From positions 1,657,399-1,721,398 of the forward strand of contig CAWJMF010000002.1 in assembly GCA_963843945.1 (NCBI GenBank): a stretch of DNA of 64,000 nucleotides. Direction: 5' to 3'. The DNA is from Vulcanimicrobiota bacterium. Its GTDB lineage: Bacteria > Vulcanimicrobiota > Vulcanimicrobiia > Vulcanimicrobiales > Vulcanimicrobiaceae. Below the pieces are notes generated by a model that had not been told where the DNA came from, made no database searches, and was given only the letters and a program-made list of their open reading frames with translations. Both the position numbers and the translations under genes were made by a program. This document shows, piece after piece, positions 1-8,982 of the stretch; within the stretch, counting starts at the first letter, position 1; the number at the start of each line of letters is the position of its first letter.

Positions 1-1136
1 CCCACTGCCGTGGTCAGCCGGATGAGGACCAGCAGAAGTCCCGAGTAATTGCCCGCATGGTTCGTGCCGGAACGCAGTTCGTCGTAGTCGACCACGTCGC
101 CCATCATCGAGTACGGCATGAACTGCACGACCGAAGCTGCGTTGAAGAGAATCAGCGAGGCATAGACTGCCGCCAGCGGACCCGCGAAGCGCGCGACGAC
201 GAAATACAAGGGCGCGGAAAGGATCGCGAGCGCGAGTCCGATGACCCAGCTGCGGCGTTTTCCGGCGCGCGCGGCGAAAGCGTTCCAGAGCGGCATGCAG
301 ATCACCGCGGCGAGAATCGAAACGATCGAGACGATGCCGAACTGCTTGACGAGGCCGAGCGATGCGACGAACGCGAATTGAAGCGTCAAAATTACCGAGT
401 AGGCGATGTACGAGAGAAAGGTGGCTCCCGCGAGGCTCCAAAAGGGCCGATTGCAAGCGATGTGGCCGATCAGGTTCCCGAACGATTCCGACGGACGCGC
501 CGCGCTGAGGTCCGCCACGGGCGGCGGCCCGAAACGAACGCCCAGCAGAACGGTTATCGCCACGGCCACGAACGCAACGATGCCGAGCCGCCCGATGACC
601 ACCGGATTGAGAAAGTCCGAGCCGCCGAAGATCGGGATGTAGGGTAAGCCCAGGAAGAGCAACAGCGCTAGGTTCGCGACGGCCATGCGCCACATCGCGA
701 TCCGCGAGCGTTCTTTCGGAACGCGACTGATCTCACTGCCCCACGCGATGTAGGGGATGTCGATCAGGCTAAACGAGGCCAGCGCCAAACTGGATGCGAC
801 CGCGAAGTAGACCGGTCCCGCGCCGGCCGGCGGACGAAAGAGCAAGACGACGCTGACGAGCGCGAGCGCGAGGCCGGCGATCATCCAGGGCTTGCGCCGG
901 CCCCAAGGCGTATCGAACCGATCGCTGAGGTATCCGACCAGCGGACCGCTCCACGAATAGATCGAGCGCGAAACGAGCAACGCCGTCCCGAACTCCGCCG
1001 CTCCTTTTCCGCTGAAGGCCGCGTAGAACGACGGCAAAATCGCCAGCGTCGGATAGATAATGAATTCGACGCCGAGAATCGGCGCCGTGAAGACTGCAAG
1101 TTGCGCGTTCGACAGAGGCTTGGGATCGGGGAGCAC
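1..1136 (-). CDS. GPH/MFS-type glycoside-pentoside-hexuronide:cation symporter, partial (C-terminus lies beyond the window start). Likely GTG start near 1136; an alternative GTG sits at 1238.
   Basis: Hand translation of the minus strand gives an uninterrupted frame with membrane-protein character. It contains the GPH-family signature '...GYLSDRFDTPWGRRKPWMIAGLALALVSVVLLF' and multiple TM helices. An in-frame stop lies upstream at about 1248-1250. It is absent from the ORF track because it runs off the window edge. Confidence 0.7.
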   Translation of the reverse strand, partial: MLPDPKPLSNAQLAVFTAPILGVEFIIYPTLAILPSFYAAFSGKGAAEFGTALLVSRSIYSWSGPLVGYLSDRFDTPWGRRKPWMIAGLALALVSVVLLFRPPAGAGPVYFAVASSLALASFSLIDIPYIAWGSEISRVPKERSRIAMWRMAVANLALLLFLGLPYIPIFGGSDFLNPVVIGRLGIVAFVAVAITVLLGVRFGPPPVADLSAARPSESFGNLIGHIACNRPFWSLAGATFLSYIAYSVILTLQFAFVASLGLVKQFGIVSIVSILAAVICMPLWNAFAARAGKRRSWVIGLALAILSAPLYFVVARFAGPLAAVYASLILFNAASVVQFMPYSMMGDVVDYDELRSGTNHAGNYSGLLLVLIRLTTAV

Positions 1137-1185
1137 GAGGCTGCCTGGGCTTCGCGATGCCCAAAGTGAGTCCTCGCTCGCGAGG

Positions 1186-1971
1186 TCAGATGACGCGCAG
1201 CAAGTACCCGGCGAAAACGCTGATGTTCGTCGAGTCACCCGGCGCGTTCACCGTCTGCTGCAAAAGCTCACCGGTTATCCCGTAGCGCAGGAAACCGTTC
1301 CCGCGCCCGATGCGCGTGAGTGCGCCGGCGGTAAAAGTCTCGAGCTGGTAGTTGACCGGGTAGCGCCGGTGCTCGATGATGACGCCACCGCGCGATTCGT
1401 CGACGACCTTCGGGTAGTACGCGATGCGGCCGAAGAGCGTGAAGTTGCGGCGAAAATCCGGGACCTTTTCGCCCGCGATCCCGAGACCGATCAGGTTGTA
1501 GAAATTATTCGAACCGCGAAACCACTGCGAGGCTTCGAGGAAATACCCGGGACCGACGCCGACTCCCAGCCACTGTTGATTATGATATTCCAAGATGTTC
1601 TGCGCGCCGAGGTAGTGGCTGCCCGCCTGGGCGATGTTCGTCACGTAGCCGGCCGGATGCGGATAAGCGAGTTCCGAAAGCGTTTGATCGAACAGCACCG
1701 GATGCCGGAAAACCCGAAAAGTTGCCTCGATATCGAGCAGCGGCTCGGGAACGGCGCTGAAGCCGTAAGCGAATTCGTTGGCGACGTACGAAACCGGCAG
1801 CACGTTGACGTCAAGCGTGGTCGCCGGCGGCGGCCCGCTGTCGGCCGTAGCGTCGCCCGCGCCGAGCGCGAAGGCCAACGCGAACAAAAGCGCCGTCCGC
1901 AGAAGTGCTATTTCAAGAGCGCCGCGACGGCAGCGCCGTTGGGACTTCCCAGGCCGGTGCAGGCGTCCCAT
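1186..1971 (-). CDS. Secreted beta-rich protein, possibly an outer-membrane beta-barrel; function unknown.
   Basis: ATG start, with a signal peptide 'MGRLHRPGKSQRRCRRGALEIALLRTALLFALAFALGAGDATA'. Gly/aromatic-rich alternating pattern and natural amino-acid composition. Overlaps the 3' end of the S53 peptidase gene by about 64 nt. Confidence 0.5.
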   Translation of the reverse strand: MGRLHRPGKSQRRCRRGALEIALLRTALLFALAFALGAGDATADSGPPPATTLDVNVLPVSYVANEFAYGFSAVPEPLLDIEATFRVFRHPVLFDQTLSELAYPHPAGYVTNIAQAGSHYLGAQNILEYHNQQWLGVGVGPGYFLEASQWFRGSNNFYNLIGLGIAGEKVPDFRRNFTLFGRIAYYPKVVDESRGGVIIEHRRYPVNYQLETFTAGALTRIGRGNGFLRYGITGELLQQTVNAPGDSTNISVFAGYLLRVI

Positions 1972-3467
1972 CCGGCCGAAGCCGAGAAGGCGCCGTTGTT
2001 ACCGGCGGTGATGTCGCGCAGCGCGGACGGCGTGCCGTACAGGCGCGGATTGAGATATCCGGCAGCCCTCCCGGCGATGCCGTTGATTCGGGCGATGAGA
2101 CCGGCCCATAGCGGCGCGACCGCGCTCGTTCCGCCGACGGTCGTGTCGCTTCCGTCGACCAAAACGCTGTAACCGGTATTGGGGTCGGCATCGCCGCAAA
2201 CGTCCGGTACGCCGCGCATCGCGAGCGGCGTCCGCGTCTTGCCGGCCGTCGCGGCCAGACCGGCCTGCCATGGCGGAAGCGCGAAGAACGTGCTCACGCC
2301 GCCGCCGCTCGAGCCGCCGGCCGCGCCGTCGTTCCAGACGGTCTCCGAAGCGATCGTGCCCGCCGCGGCCTTCAGGCTCGTCCCGCCGCAGCCTAAGGCG
2401 TACGGACTCGACGCCGGAAAATCGACGTGGTTCTGGCCATCGGTTTCGCCGTCGCTCGAGCCGCTGTCGCCGGAAGCGACGCAAACGGTGATGCCCAGCG
2501 TCGCCGCGGCCTGAAAGGCTTGATCGAAGGCCGTCATCGCTTGCGCGGTCCACGAGGCTTCGGGGCCGCCCCAACTGATCGAGATGACGGAAGGCTTGTT
2601 GACCGTGTCGTGGATCGCCGTGGTGATCGCGTCGAGAAATCCGGCGTCGGTGTTGGGCCCGAAGTACACGACGATCTTCGCGTCGGGGGCGATCGCACCG
2701 GCGACTTCGATATCCAACATGACCTCGGCGTCGGGACCGTCGGGGCTGCCCGTCGGAGCGTTCGTCGCCTGGTCGACGGAGACGGCGGTAACGTTGGGCG
2801 GCGCAACGCCGATCTGCGCAAAATACGTCTGCAAGTCGGCGCTGCTGAAGCCGCCGCCGAGTTCGACGATCCCAATCGTCTGGGCGGAGCCGGTGCCGGC
2901 TGGAAAATCGTACAGGGTCGCGACTTGCGTCGGCGGATAGGACGTCGTCGCTGCGTGCGCAACGATCCTGCCGCGGCGTTCGCGCAGGCGAAAGTGGGCC
3001 TTCGCTTGCGGACGATCGTCGAGTCCTAAGACCGCCTCGACGATGCCCTGCAGCGAGTCCGGCAAATAGATCGGTCCGGTTCGTCCGCGATACGTTCGGC
3101 CGGCGTGCTCGAAGCGATGCAGAGCGACGCCCAGTGCGGCCTCGAACTGTGCGACCGTGCCCGAGAGTACGACGGTGCGCCGCTCGGGCGCTTCGCTGGA
3201 AACGGTCAAGCCGAATTGCGCCGCAAAGGCCCGTACGGCGCTCACGTCGGCGGGATCGGAGCCGAACCGCGCCGCGAAGTCCTTTTGCGCGATACGTTTC
3301 GAATCGTCGCCCGCTGCGGCGGCCGCCACGCGCGCTGCGAACTCGGGCTGCGCGCGCCGGCGCAGGACGAAGGTGACGTCGAGCCGCTCGTGCGGGTCGG
3401 CCTTTGCGACGGCTCGAGCGCCGGGCAACGGTTGACGCTCGCTTCCGGGTAACGGGCTATTCGGCAT
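1908..3467 (-). CDS. S53-family serine-carboxyl peptidase (sedolisin/kumamolisin-like) with an N-terminal pro-domain.
   Basis: 519 aa. Motifs 'SGDSGSSD', 'GGTSAVAPLWAG' (catalytic Ser context) and 'DIEVAGAIAP', with a pro-kumamolisin-like N-terminal region. Confidence 0.85.
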   Translation of the reverse strand: MPNSPLPGSERQPLPGARAVAKADPHERLDVTFVLRRRAQPEFAARVAAAAAGDDSKRIAQKDFAARFGSDPADVSAVRAFAAQFGLTVSSEAPERRTVVLSGTVAQFEAALGVALHRFEHAGRTYRGRTGPIYLPDSLQGIVEAVLGLDDRPQAKAHFRLRERRGRIVAHAATTSYPPTQVATLYDFPAGTGSAQTIGIVELGGGFSSADLQTYFAQIGVAPPNVTAVSVDQATNAPTGSPDGPDAEVMLDIEVAGAIAPDAKIVVYFGPNTDAGFLDAITTAIHDTVNKPSVISISWGGPEASWTAQAMTAFDQAFQAAATLGITVCVASGDSGSSDGETDGQNHVDFPASSPYALGCGGTSLKAAAGTIASETVWNDGAAGGSSGGGVSTFFALPPWQAGLAATAGKTRTPLAMRGVPDVCGDADPNTGYSVLVDGSDTTVGGTSAVAPLWAGLIARINGIAGRAAGYLNPRLYGTPSALRDITAGNNGAFSASAGWDACTGLGSPNGAAVAALLK

Positions 3468-3487
3468 CGTTCTTACCGCTCAAACGC

Positions 3488-4060
3488 TCAGGCCGGTTTG
3501 GCCAACTCGCGCTCGATCGCTGAGCGGAGCACCGGCGCATCGGGCGCGACGTCGGGCGAAAAGCGCGCGACGACGTCGCCATTCCTCCCGATCAAGAATT
3601 TTTCGAAGTTCCAGAGGATCTCTGACGAGTCGTCTTGCTTGTTGCCGTACTGTCCCAACTCGGCGCGCAAATCGCTGCCGGGCGGTTCGATAGCGACCGG
3701 CTGCGCGGCCGTCAACTCGCGATAGAGCGGATGCCGATCGGCACCTTTCACCGAGATCTTGGCAAACATCGGAAACTGCACGCCGTAGGCCGTCGAGCAA
3801 AAGGTCGCGATCTCACCGTTCGTTCCGGGTTCCTGTGCGCCGAAATTATTGGCCGGGAAGCCCGCCAAGACGAGCCCCCGCGCGCGTTCGTCTTCGTAGA
3901 GCTTTTCGAGCCCCGCGTATTGCGGTGTAAAGCCGCACTTCGATGCAACGTTGACGACGAGCAACACCTTGCCCGCGAATTCGCCCAGCGTCGACGGGAC
4001 GCCGTCGATACGCTCCACCGGAATTTCGTACACCCTGCTCATGCGCTCTTGCCGGTTCAA
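3488..4060 (-). CDS. Glutathione peroxidase family protein. The likely true start is the internal Met at 4042 ('MSRVYEIP').
   Basis: Canonical 'LLVVNVASKCGFT' active-site region plus the 'FPANNFGAQEPG' and 'WNFEKFLI' motifs. Confidence 0.9.
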   Translation of the reverse strand: MNRQERMSRVYEIPVERIDGVPSTLGEFAGKVLLVVNVASKCGFTPQYAGLEKLYEDERARGLVLAGFPANNFGAQEPGTNGEIATFCSTAYGVQFPMFAKISVKGADRHPLYRELTAAQPVAIEPPGSDLRAELGQYGNKQDDSSEILWNFEKFLIGRNGDVVARFSPDVAPDAPVLRSAIERELAKPA

Positions 4061-4162
4061 CCCGTCGTGGAGAACTCCCGCGTTCCAAAAGGAGCGCCGC
4101 TTCGGCGTCCGCGAAACGCGCGCGATGCGGACAACGCGCGCTCCGCTCGGCTCCTAGCCGAG

Positions 4163-5029
4163 ATGCCGTTTCAATCTTCACCACGAACGACGCGGCGTGC
4201 CTTTGCCGCCGGCGCCGTTTCGTTCGGCGCTCTGACGGGTTTGCCGAAGCGAGGTCTCGGCGCCGACTCGTACGCGCAGGCGATCCTCGCGGAGCGGCCC
4301 GTCGCCTACTGGCGCCTCGGCGAGCGCCGCGGGCCGGTCGCGCGCGACGCGAGCGGCAACGGCCACAACGGGACGTTCGAAGGCTCGCCCGCCTTCGACG
4401 AGCCCGGTGCAGTCGCCGGAGACGCCGACGGTTCGGTGCGGCTCGGTGGCGGCCGCGACTACGTCGAGATTGCCGACAGCCTTCAGTTCAGCCAGCCCGA
4501 CAGCGGTCGCGGCTTAACCGTCGAGGTGTGGATGCGCCCCGACTCGCTGAACTTCGAAGGACAAACGGACCAAAAGTACGTGCATTGGCTGGGCAAGGGC
4601 GACAGCGGCGCTTTCGAGTGGGGCTTCCGCTTCTACAGCCTCGATTCGCCCTCGCGTTCGAACCGGATCTCCGCGTACATTTGGAATCCCGCCGGCGGGG
4701 AAGGGGCAGGTGCGTATTTTCAAGACCAGTTGACGCCCGGACGCTGGATCCACGTCGTTGCCGTTTACGATCCCGGCGACCGCGCCGACAAGAAAGCCGG
4801 CGTGAGCATCTATCGCGACGCGGTTTTGCGCGGGAGCCCGCACAGCACGCGCGGTGCGCGGTATGCGAGCTACGACATCGTGCCGGCGCACGGCCCGGCA
4901 CCCCTCCGGCTCGGAACGCGCGATTTGGGCAGCTTTTTCGCCGGCGCGCTCGACGACGTCGCGCTCTATCCGCGGGTCCTGGGCGCGCCGGAAATCGCCC
5001 AGCACTATCGTTTGGCGCAGGGCTCTTAA
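4163..5029 (+). CDS. Tat-secreted LamG/concanavalin-A-like jelly-roll domain protein.
   Basis: ATG at 4163, verified in-frame inside track ORF 3635..5029. The upstream part of that track ORF is an antisense shadow of the peroxidase gene. Twin-arginine signal 'TTRRAFAAGAVSFGALTG'. The 'LDDVALY...L' C-terminal pattern is typical of LamG_3-type domains. Confidence 0.7.
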   Translation: MPFQSSPRTTRRAFAAGAVSFGALTGLPKRGLGADSYAQAILAERPVAYWRLGERRGPVARDASGNGHNGTFEGSPAFDEPGAVAGDADGSVRLGGGRDYVEIADSLQFSQPDSGRGLTVEVWMRPDSLNFEGQTDQKYVHWLGKGDSGAFEWGFRFYSLDSPSRSNRISAYIWNPAGGEGAGAYFQDQLTPGRWIHVVAVYDPGDRADKKAGVSIYRDAVLRGSPHSTRGARYASYDIVPAHGPAPLRLGTRDLGSFFAGALDDVALYPRVLGAPEIAQHYRLAQGS

Positions 5030-5104
5030 ACCGCTCTCCGGCGCGGCGGGACTCCGCGGCGAGGGCCGCGTCCCGGGAGGCACCGGCAAAAGCCGGCGGA
5101 ACCG

Positions 5105-6445
5105 ATGCTCATGGTCGACTACGCCATCGAGTACGAGCATCCGGCGATCGAGCGCTTGGAACGCACCGAATTGGAGGCGCTGCAGCGTCGCAAACTCGGC
5201 GCGCTGGGCGAACGCTTATCCCGCTCGGCTGAGTGGAAGCAGTACTTCGCAAAGGCCGGCGTCGATCCGGCGCGCCTCGGCGAGAGCGAACGGTTCCGCG
5301 CCTTACCGATGCTCGAAAAGAGCGATCTCCGCTCGCGTTACCCCTTTCCGTTCTTGACCGTTCCGATGGAAGAGGTCGCGCGCTTCGTCGCGACCTCGGG
5401 AACGACCGGCTTGCCGGTGATGTTCGGCTTCAGCCGGCGCGATGCGGCCGAACTCTTGCCGAGCCAAATGGCGCGCATCTTCCGCTGCACCGGGATCCGG
5501 CCGGGCGATCGCGTGTATCAGGGTTACGGTTACGGGCTGTGGATCGGCGGCGTTGCGATGGACCTCGCGCTGCTTCCGTACGGTGCGACGAATTTCGGCA
5601 TCGGTCCGGGGCGCGCCGAGACGGTCGTCGAGTGGCTGCGCGATCACGAGTACGTGGCCTGCACGATGTCGCCGCTCTGGCTGATGACGCTGATCAATCT
5701 CGCCAAGAGTCGCGGGATCGATCCCAAGACGGATTGGAAATTGCGCGTGGGTCTCTTCGGCGGCCAATCGGTTTCGGCCGTGTTCCGCGACGAGCTGGAA
5801 GCGGCGATGCCGCCCGGCTTCGTTGCGCATAACATCTACGGTTCGACCGAATCCGGCGGTCCGAATCTCGGCATCTCCTGCCCCTACTCGCACGATCCGG
5901 ATCAACTGCACCTGATCAACGAGGACACGATTCTTACCGAGCTCGTGAATCCCGAGACGTTGGAGCCCGTCGCTCCGGGCGAGATCGGGGAGATCGTGAT
6001 CACGACGCTCGACAAAGAAGCGTCGCCGGTCGTGCGCTGGCGGACGCGCGACCTCGTGCGGCTTGCCGACGAGCCCTACGGCTGTCGCTGCGGGCGGCGC
6101 GGCCTTCCGTTGATCGGTCGCATCATCGGCCGCTCCGACGACATGTTGAAGATTCGCGGCGTCATGGTCTTTCCGTCGCAGGTCGAGGACGTGATCGCGG
6201 CCCACGGTGACACCGTCAAAGAAGCGTGGCAAATCTACATCGACCGGCAGGACCGCGTGCTCGACGAAGCCGTCATCGCGATCGAGCGGCGCAGCGACGC
6301 CGAGAAGGACCACGCGGAAATCGCACGAGACGTCGCACGCGCGCTGCAGGCGCGCCTCGGCATCCGCGTCCACGTCGAGGTCGCGGACGAGGGTAAACTG
6401 CCGCGCTACGAAGCAAAAGCCGTCCGCGTCATCGTTCGCGGATGA
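5105..6445 (+). CDS. Phenylacetate-CoA ligase family adenylate-forming enzyme (PaaK / coenzyme F390 synthetase-like).
   Basis: 446 aa. 'TSGTTGLP' AMP-binding motif and PaaK-like C-terminal domain architecture. Confidence 0.8.
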   Translation: MLMVDYAIEYEHPAIERLERTELEALQRRKLGALGERLSRSAEWKQYFAKAGVDPARLGESERFRALPMLEKSDLRSRYPFPFLTVPMEEVARFVATSGTTGLPVMFGFSRRDAAELLPSQMARIFRCTGIRPGDRVYQGYGYGLWIGGVAMDLALLPYGATNFGIGPGRAETVVEWLRDHEYVACTMSPLWLMTLINLAKSRGIDPKTDWKLRVGLFGGQSVSAVFRDELEAAMPPGFVAHNIYGSTESGGPNLGISCPYSHDPDQLHLINEDTILTELVNPETLEPVAPGEIGEIVITTLDKEASPVVRWRTRDLVRLADEPYGCRCGRRGLPLIGRIIGRSDDMLKIRGVMVFPSQVEDVIAAHGDTVKEAWQIYIDRQDRVLDEAVIAIERRSDAEKDHAEIARDVARALQARLGIRVHVEVADEGKLPRYEAKAVRVIVRG

Positions 6446-7401
6446 GCGCGCTCGAGGGCGTACGCGTCCTCGATTTCACGAGCCGCCTCCCGGGACCACT
6501 GGCCGGGCTCCTCTTGTCGGAGGCCGGCGCCGAGGTCGTCAAAATCGAACCGCCGGCGGGCGATCCACTCTGCAGCTCGATTCCCGGTTGGCCGGACGCT
6601 CCCGCGACCTACGCGCAACTCAATCGCGGCAAACGCGTGATGCGGCTCGATCTCAAGAACGCAAGCGGCCGGGCACAGCTCGAGCCGCTGCTGCGTCGCT
6701 GCGACGTGCTGCTCGAAGGCTTTCGGCCGGGCGTCATGGCGCGACTCGGACTCGACTACGCGACGCTCGCAGCCGCTCATCCGCGCCTGATCTACTGCTC
6801 GCTCAGCGGGTACGGCCAATCGGGCGCCGAGTCTCAGCGCGCCGGTCACGATCTTTCCTACCTCGCCGGAAGCGGCGTACTCTCGCTGCTTGCGACGCGC
6901 TCGGGGGAACCGGTCGTGCCGGGCGTGCTGCTGGCCGACATCGCCGCCGGAAGTTATCCGGCTTTCATGAACGTGCTGCTCGCACTCCTCGAGCGCGCAC
7001 GAACGGGCCGCGGAACGCACCTCGACGTAGCGATGGCGCGCAACCTGGAGCCCTTCGCGCTCGGCGCGCGGGCCGGCACGCTCTTCACCGGCGGCTCCCC
7101 GCGCTATCGGACGTACCGGACGCGCGACGGTCGCGCGCTCGCGGTCGCCGCACTCGAACCGAATTTCTGGAACGAGTTTTGCGAACGCATCGAGCTGCCC
7201 GAAACGCTGCGCGACGACGCGCGCGATCCGGCCGCCACCGCGAGCGCGATCGAGCGCACGATCGCGTCGAAGGACGCGCGCGAGTGGGCCGTACTGCTCG
7301 AACCGTACGATACGTGCACGGCGCTGCTCGCCCCGCTCGACGTGGCCGCGCCGCTCGCGCTCCCGCTCGCACCGCAACTCTGCCGCGAGTTCGCCGAGTA
7401 A
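6442..7401 (+). CDS. CoA-transferase family III protein (CaiB/BaiF family).
   Basis: 'VRVLDFTSRLPGPLAGLLLSEAGAEVVKIEPP' N-terminal signature. ATGA overlap with the upstream ligase gene. Confidence 0.85.
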   Translation: MSALEGVRVLDFTSRLPGPLAGLLLSEAGAEVVKIEPPAGDPLCSSIPGWPDAPATYAQLNRGKRVMRLDLKNASGRAQLEPLLRRCDVLLEGFRPGVMARLGLDYATLAAAHPRLIYCSLSGYGQSGAESQRAGHDLSYLAGSGVLSLLATRSGEPVVPGVLLADIAAGSYPAFMNVLLALLERARTGRGTHLDVAMARNLEPFALGARAGTLFTGGSPRYRTYRTRDGRALAVAALEPNFWNEFCERIELPETLRDDARDPAATASAIERTIASKDAREWAVLLEPYDTCTALLAPLDVAAPLALPLAPQLCREFAE

Positions 7402-8022
7402 GTGGATCCACGGGTCAGCGGACGGCGCGCGGGGCTTCGGTTCGACGCGCGCTACGGGGTCACGACCGAAGCGCTCGTCTTTCTCGGCTCGCTCGATCCC
7501 GAGGCGATCGGACCTAGCCTGCGCGACGCGACGCACTACGAAGCGACGCCGGTGAGCGACCTCGCCGGCCTCCTCGCCGCGGTGCCGCTGCCGCTCGAAG
7601 GCACGAGCTTCGTCGATCTCGGCTCCGGTATGGGTCGCGTCGTCCTGCTCGCGACGGCGTATCCGTTCCGGCAGATCGTCGGCGTGGAAATCTCCCCGGC
7701 GTTACACGAAGTGGCGCTCGAAAATTTGGCGGCCTTCGCGGGGCGGCGCCGCTGCCGCGACGTGCGGCTCGTCTGCGCCGATGCGCTGCGCTTCGCGCTG
7801 CCGCGCGGCGACCTCGTCGTGTACTTGTTCAACCCGTTTCGCGGGGCGGTGCTCGAAGCGGTGATCGGGCGTCTCGCGCGACGGACCGCCGAGACGATCG
7901 TGCTCTATCATACGCCGGTCGAGCGGCGCGCGTTCGACGAGCACGGCGCATTCGAACTCGCCGCCGAGACGGCGCGCGGCGTCGTCTACCGCTTGCGGCG
8001 CAAGTTGGCGAGCGCACCTTGA
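7402..8022 (+). CDS. Class I SAM-dependent methyltransferase.
   Basis: Motif I 'VDLGSGMGRVVL'. Starts immediately after the stop of the CoA-transferase gene. Confidence 0.75.
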   Translation: MDPRVSGRRAGLRFDARYGVTTEALVFLGSLDPEAIGPSLRDATHYEATPVSDLAGLLAAVPLPLEGTSFVDLGSGMGRVVLLATAYPFRQIVGVEISPALHEVALENLAAFAGRRRCRDVRLVCADALRFALPRGDLVVYLFNPFRGAVLEAVIGRLARRTAETIVLYHTPVERRAFDEHGAFELAAETARGVVYRLRRKLASAP

Positions 8023-8555
8023 CCGGTCGAGGCGCGCTCGTAATGCTCGCGGTCCGCTTCGGTCCAGTAGTCGCGCAGGAAATCGAAGAACGTTGCAGCG
8101 CGGCGCAGGTCGCCGTTGTAAAACTCGCGCACGGCGAGTTCGCGGCAGCGCTTCACGAGGATCGCCTCACGGAAGCGACGCCGGAAGCCGGCGACGTCCC
8201 CACGCAAGAAATCGTCGCAAAAGTCGACGAGCATCTTCGCCTGGCGGCCCAACTCCGCGGAGACCGCCTCGCGCCCGCGAACCTCCTCGCGCCGCGCCGC
8301 GTCCGGGCTGCTGAAGGCGAGGATATCGCCCAGGAGATGCGAGTCCTCGCGGCCCTTGTGTTCGAGCGTGACGTCGACGGTCGAGTCGCGCAACATATCG
8401 TAAACGACGATCACGGCGCGCTCGGGCGCGCGGTACCACGCGCCCGATGGAACCTCGCTCGTTTGGGTTAGCGAAAAGCCGTGCGCCTCGACGAGAAAGC
8501 CGAAATGCTCCTCGATGAGCGGCAGCATGTTCGCGCTCAGACCGGTTCCTTCCAA
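7986..8555 (-). CDS. Hypothetical protein. TTG start as listed in the track; an ATG is available about 27 nt downstream at 'MLPLIEEHF'.
   Basis: Natural composition with aromatics and balanced charge, unlike the antisense + ORF 8019..8471, which is Arg/Ala-rich. No recognisable family. Confidence 0.4.
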   Translation of the reverse strand: MEGTGLSANMLPLIEEHFGFLVEAHGFSLTQTSEVPSGAWYRAPERAVIVVYDMLRDSTVDVTLEHKGREDSHLLGDILAFSSPDAARREEVRGREAVSAELGRQAKMLVDFCDDFLRGDVAGFRRRFREAILVKRCRELAVREFYNGDLRRAATFFDFLRDYWTEADREHYERASTGQGALANLRRKR

Positions 8556-8982
8556 CGTTTTTCCCTTCGGTTCGCCAGGATACTACCTGTCAGAGGCAAG
8601 CGTCGGAACCCCTGCCGGGAGCCGGTCACGAAACGCCCCCGGTCCGGCGAGAGATGCGGCGCCGGCGCACCGCGAAGGCCGTCTCACGAGCGCGACCGCA
8701 TTTCACCCGGTCAGGCTTCGCCTGGAAGGACATCACGTTCGACTACGAATCGACCGATACCCGAGTGGCCGGCTCCCGCGCGCGCCGACCGTCATTGCCA
8801 AGGGATCCGCATGCACGTAACTCCAGCCAGCCCCTGTTTCCACCGCCCGAACCGGCGACCGTGATGGCGCGCCGGAGCTCGCCGCGGCGTTGCGAAACCG
8901 GAGCTCGGCCGCAAGCAGCCGTCCGGCTCGAACCGGCCCTCGCGCCCGGCCCAACGCGGGCCGAGCGCGAGCGGGAACGACG

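Noticed and set aside
1060-2172. 370-aa plus-strand ORF and many similar long Arg/Ala/Pro-rich ORFs antisense or off-frame to annotated genes. Examples: 57..647, 5303..6373, 6207..7517, 6406..7536, 9920..10663, 10354..11145, 14044..15258, 14858..16000, 20933..22117, 22049..22960, 33535..35655, 38930..40099, 40193..41311, 42226..43509, 43474..44703, 44219..45415, 50067..51188, 50825..52486, 55956..56993.
   Set aside because: Their composition is dominated by R/A/P/G with few aromatics or K/I/N, with no domain signatures. Each fully overlaps a gene with clear family motifs on the other strand or frame. These are typical high-GC shadow ORFs.
3635-4162. N-terminal 176 codons of track ORF 3635..5029.
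   Set aside because: This part is antisense to the glutathione peroxidase gene and Arg-rich. The real LamG-like gene starts at the internal ATG 4163, which carries a Tat signal.
8700-8740. SRP (4.5S) RNA-like motif 'GUCAGG...GGAAGG' in the long intergenic region.
   Set aside because: Only a partial resemblance to the domain IV consensus (AGGUCCGGAAGGAAGCAGC). The helix and tetraloop cannot be formed and the flanking helices are absent.
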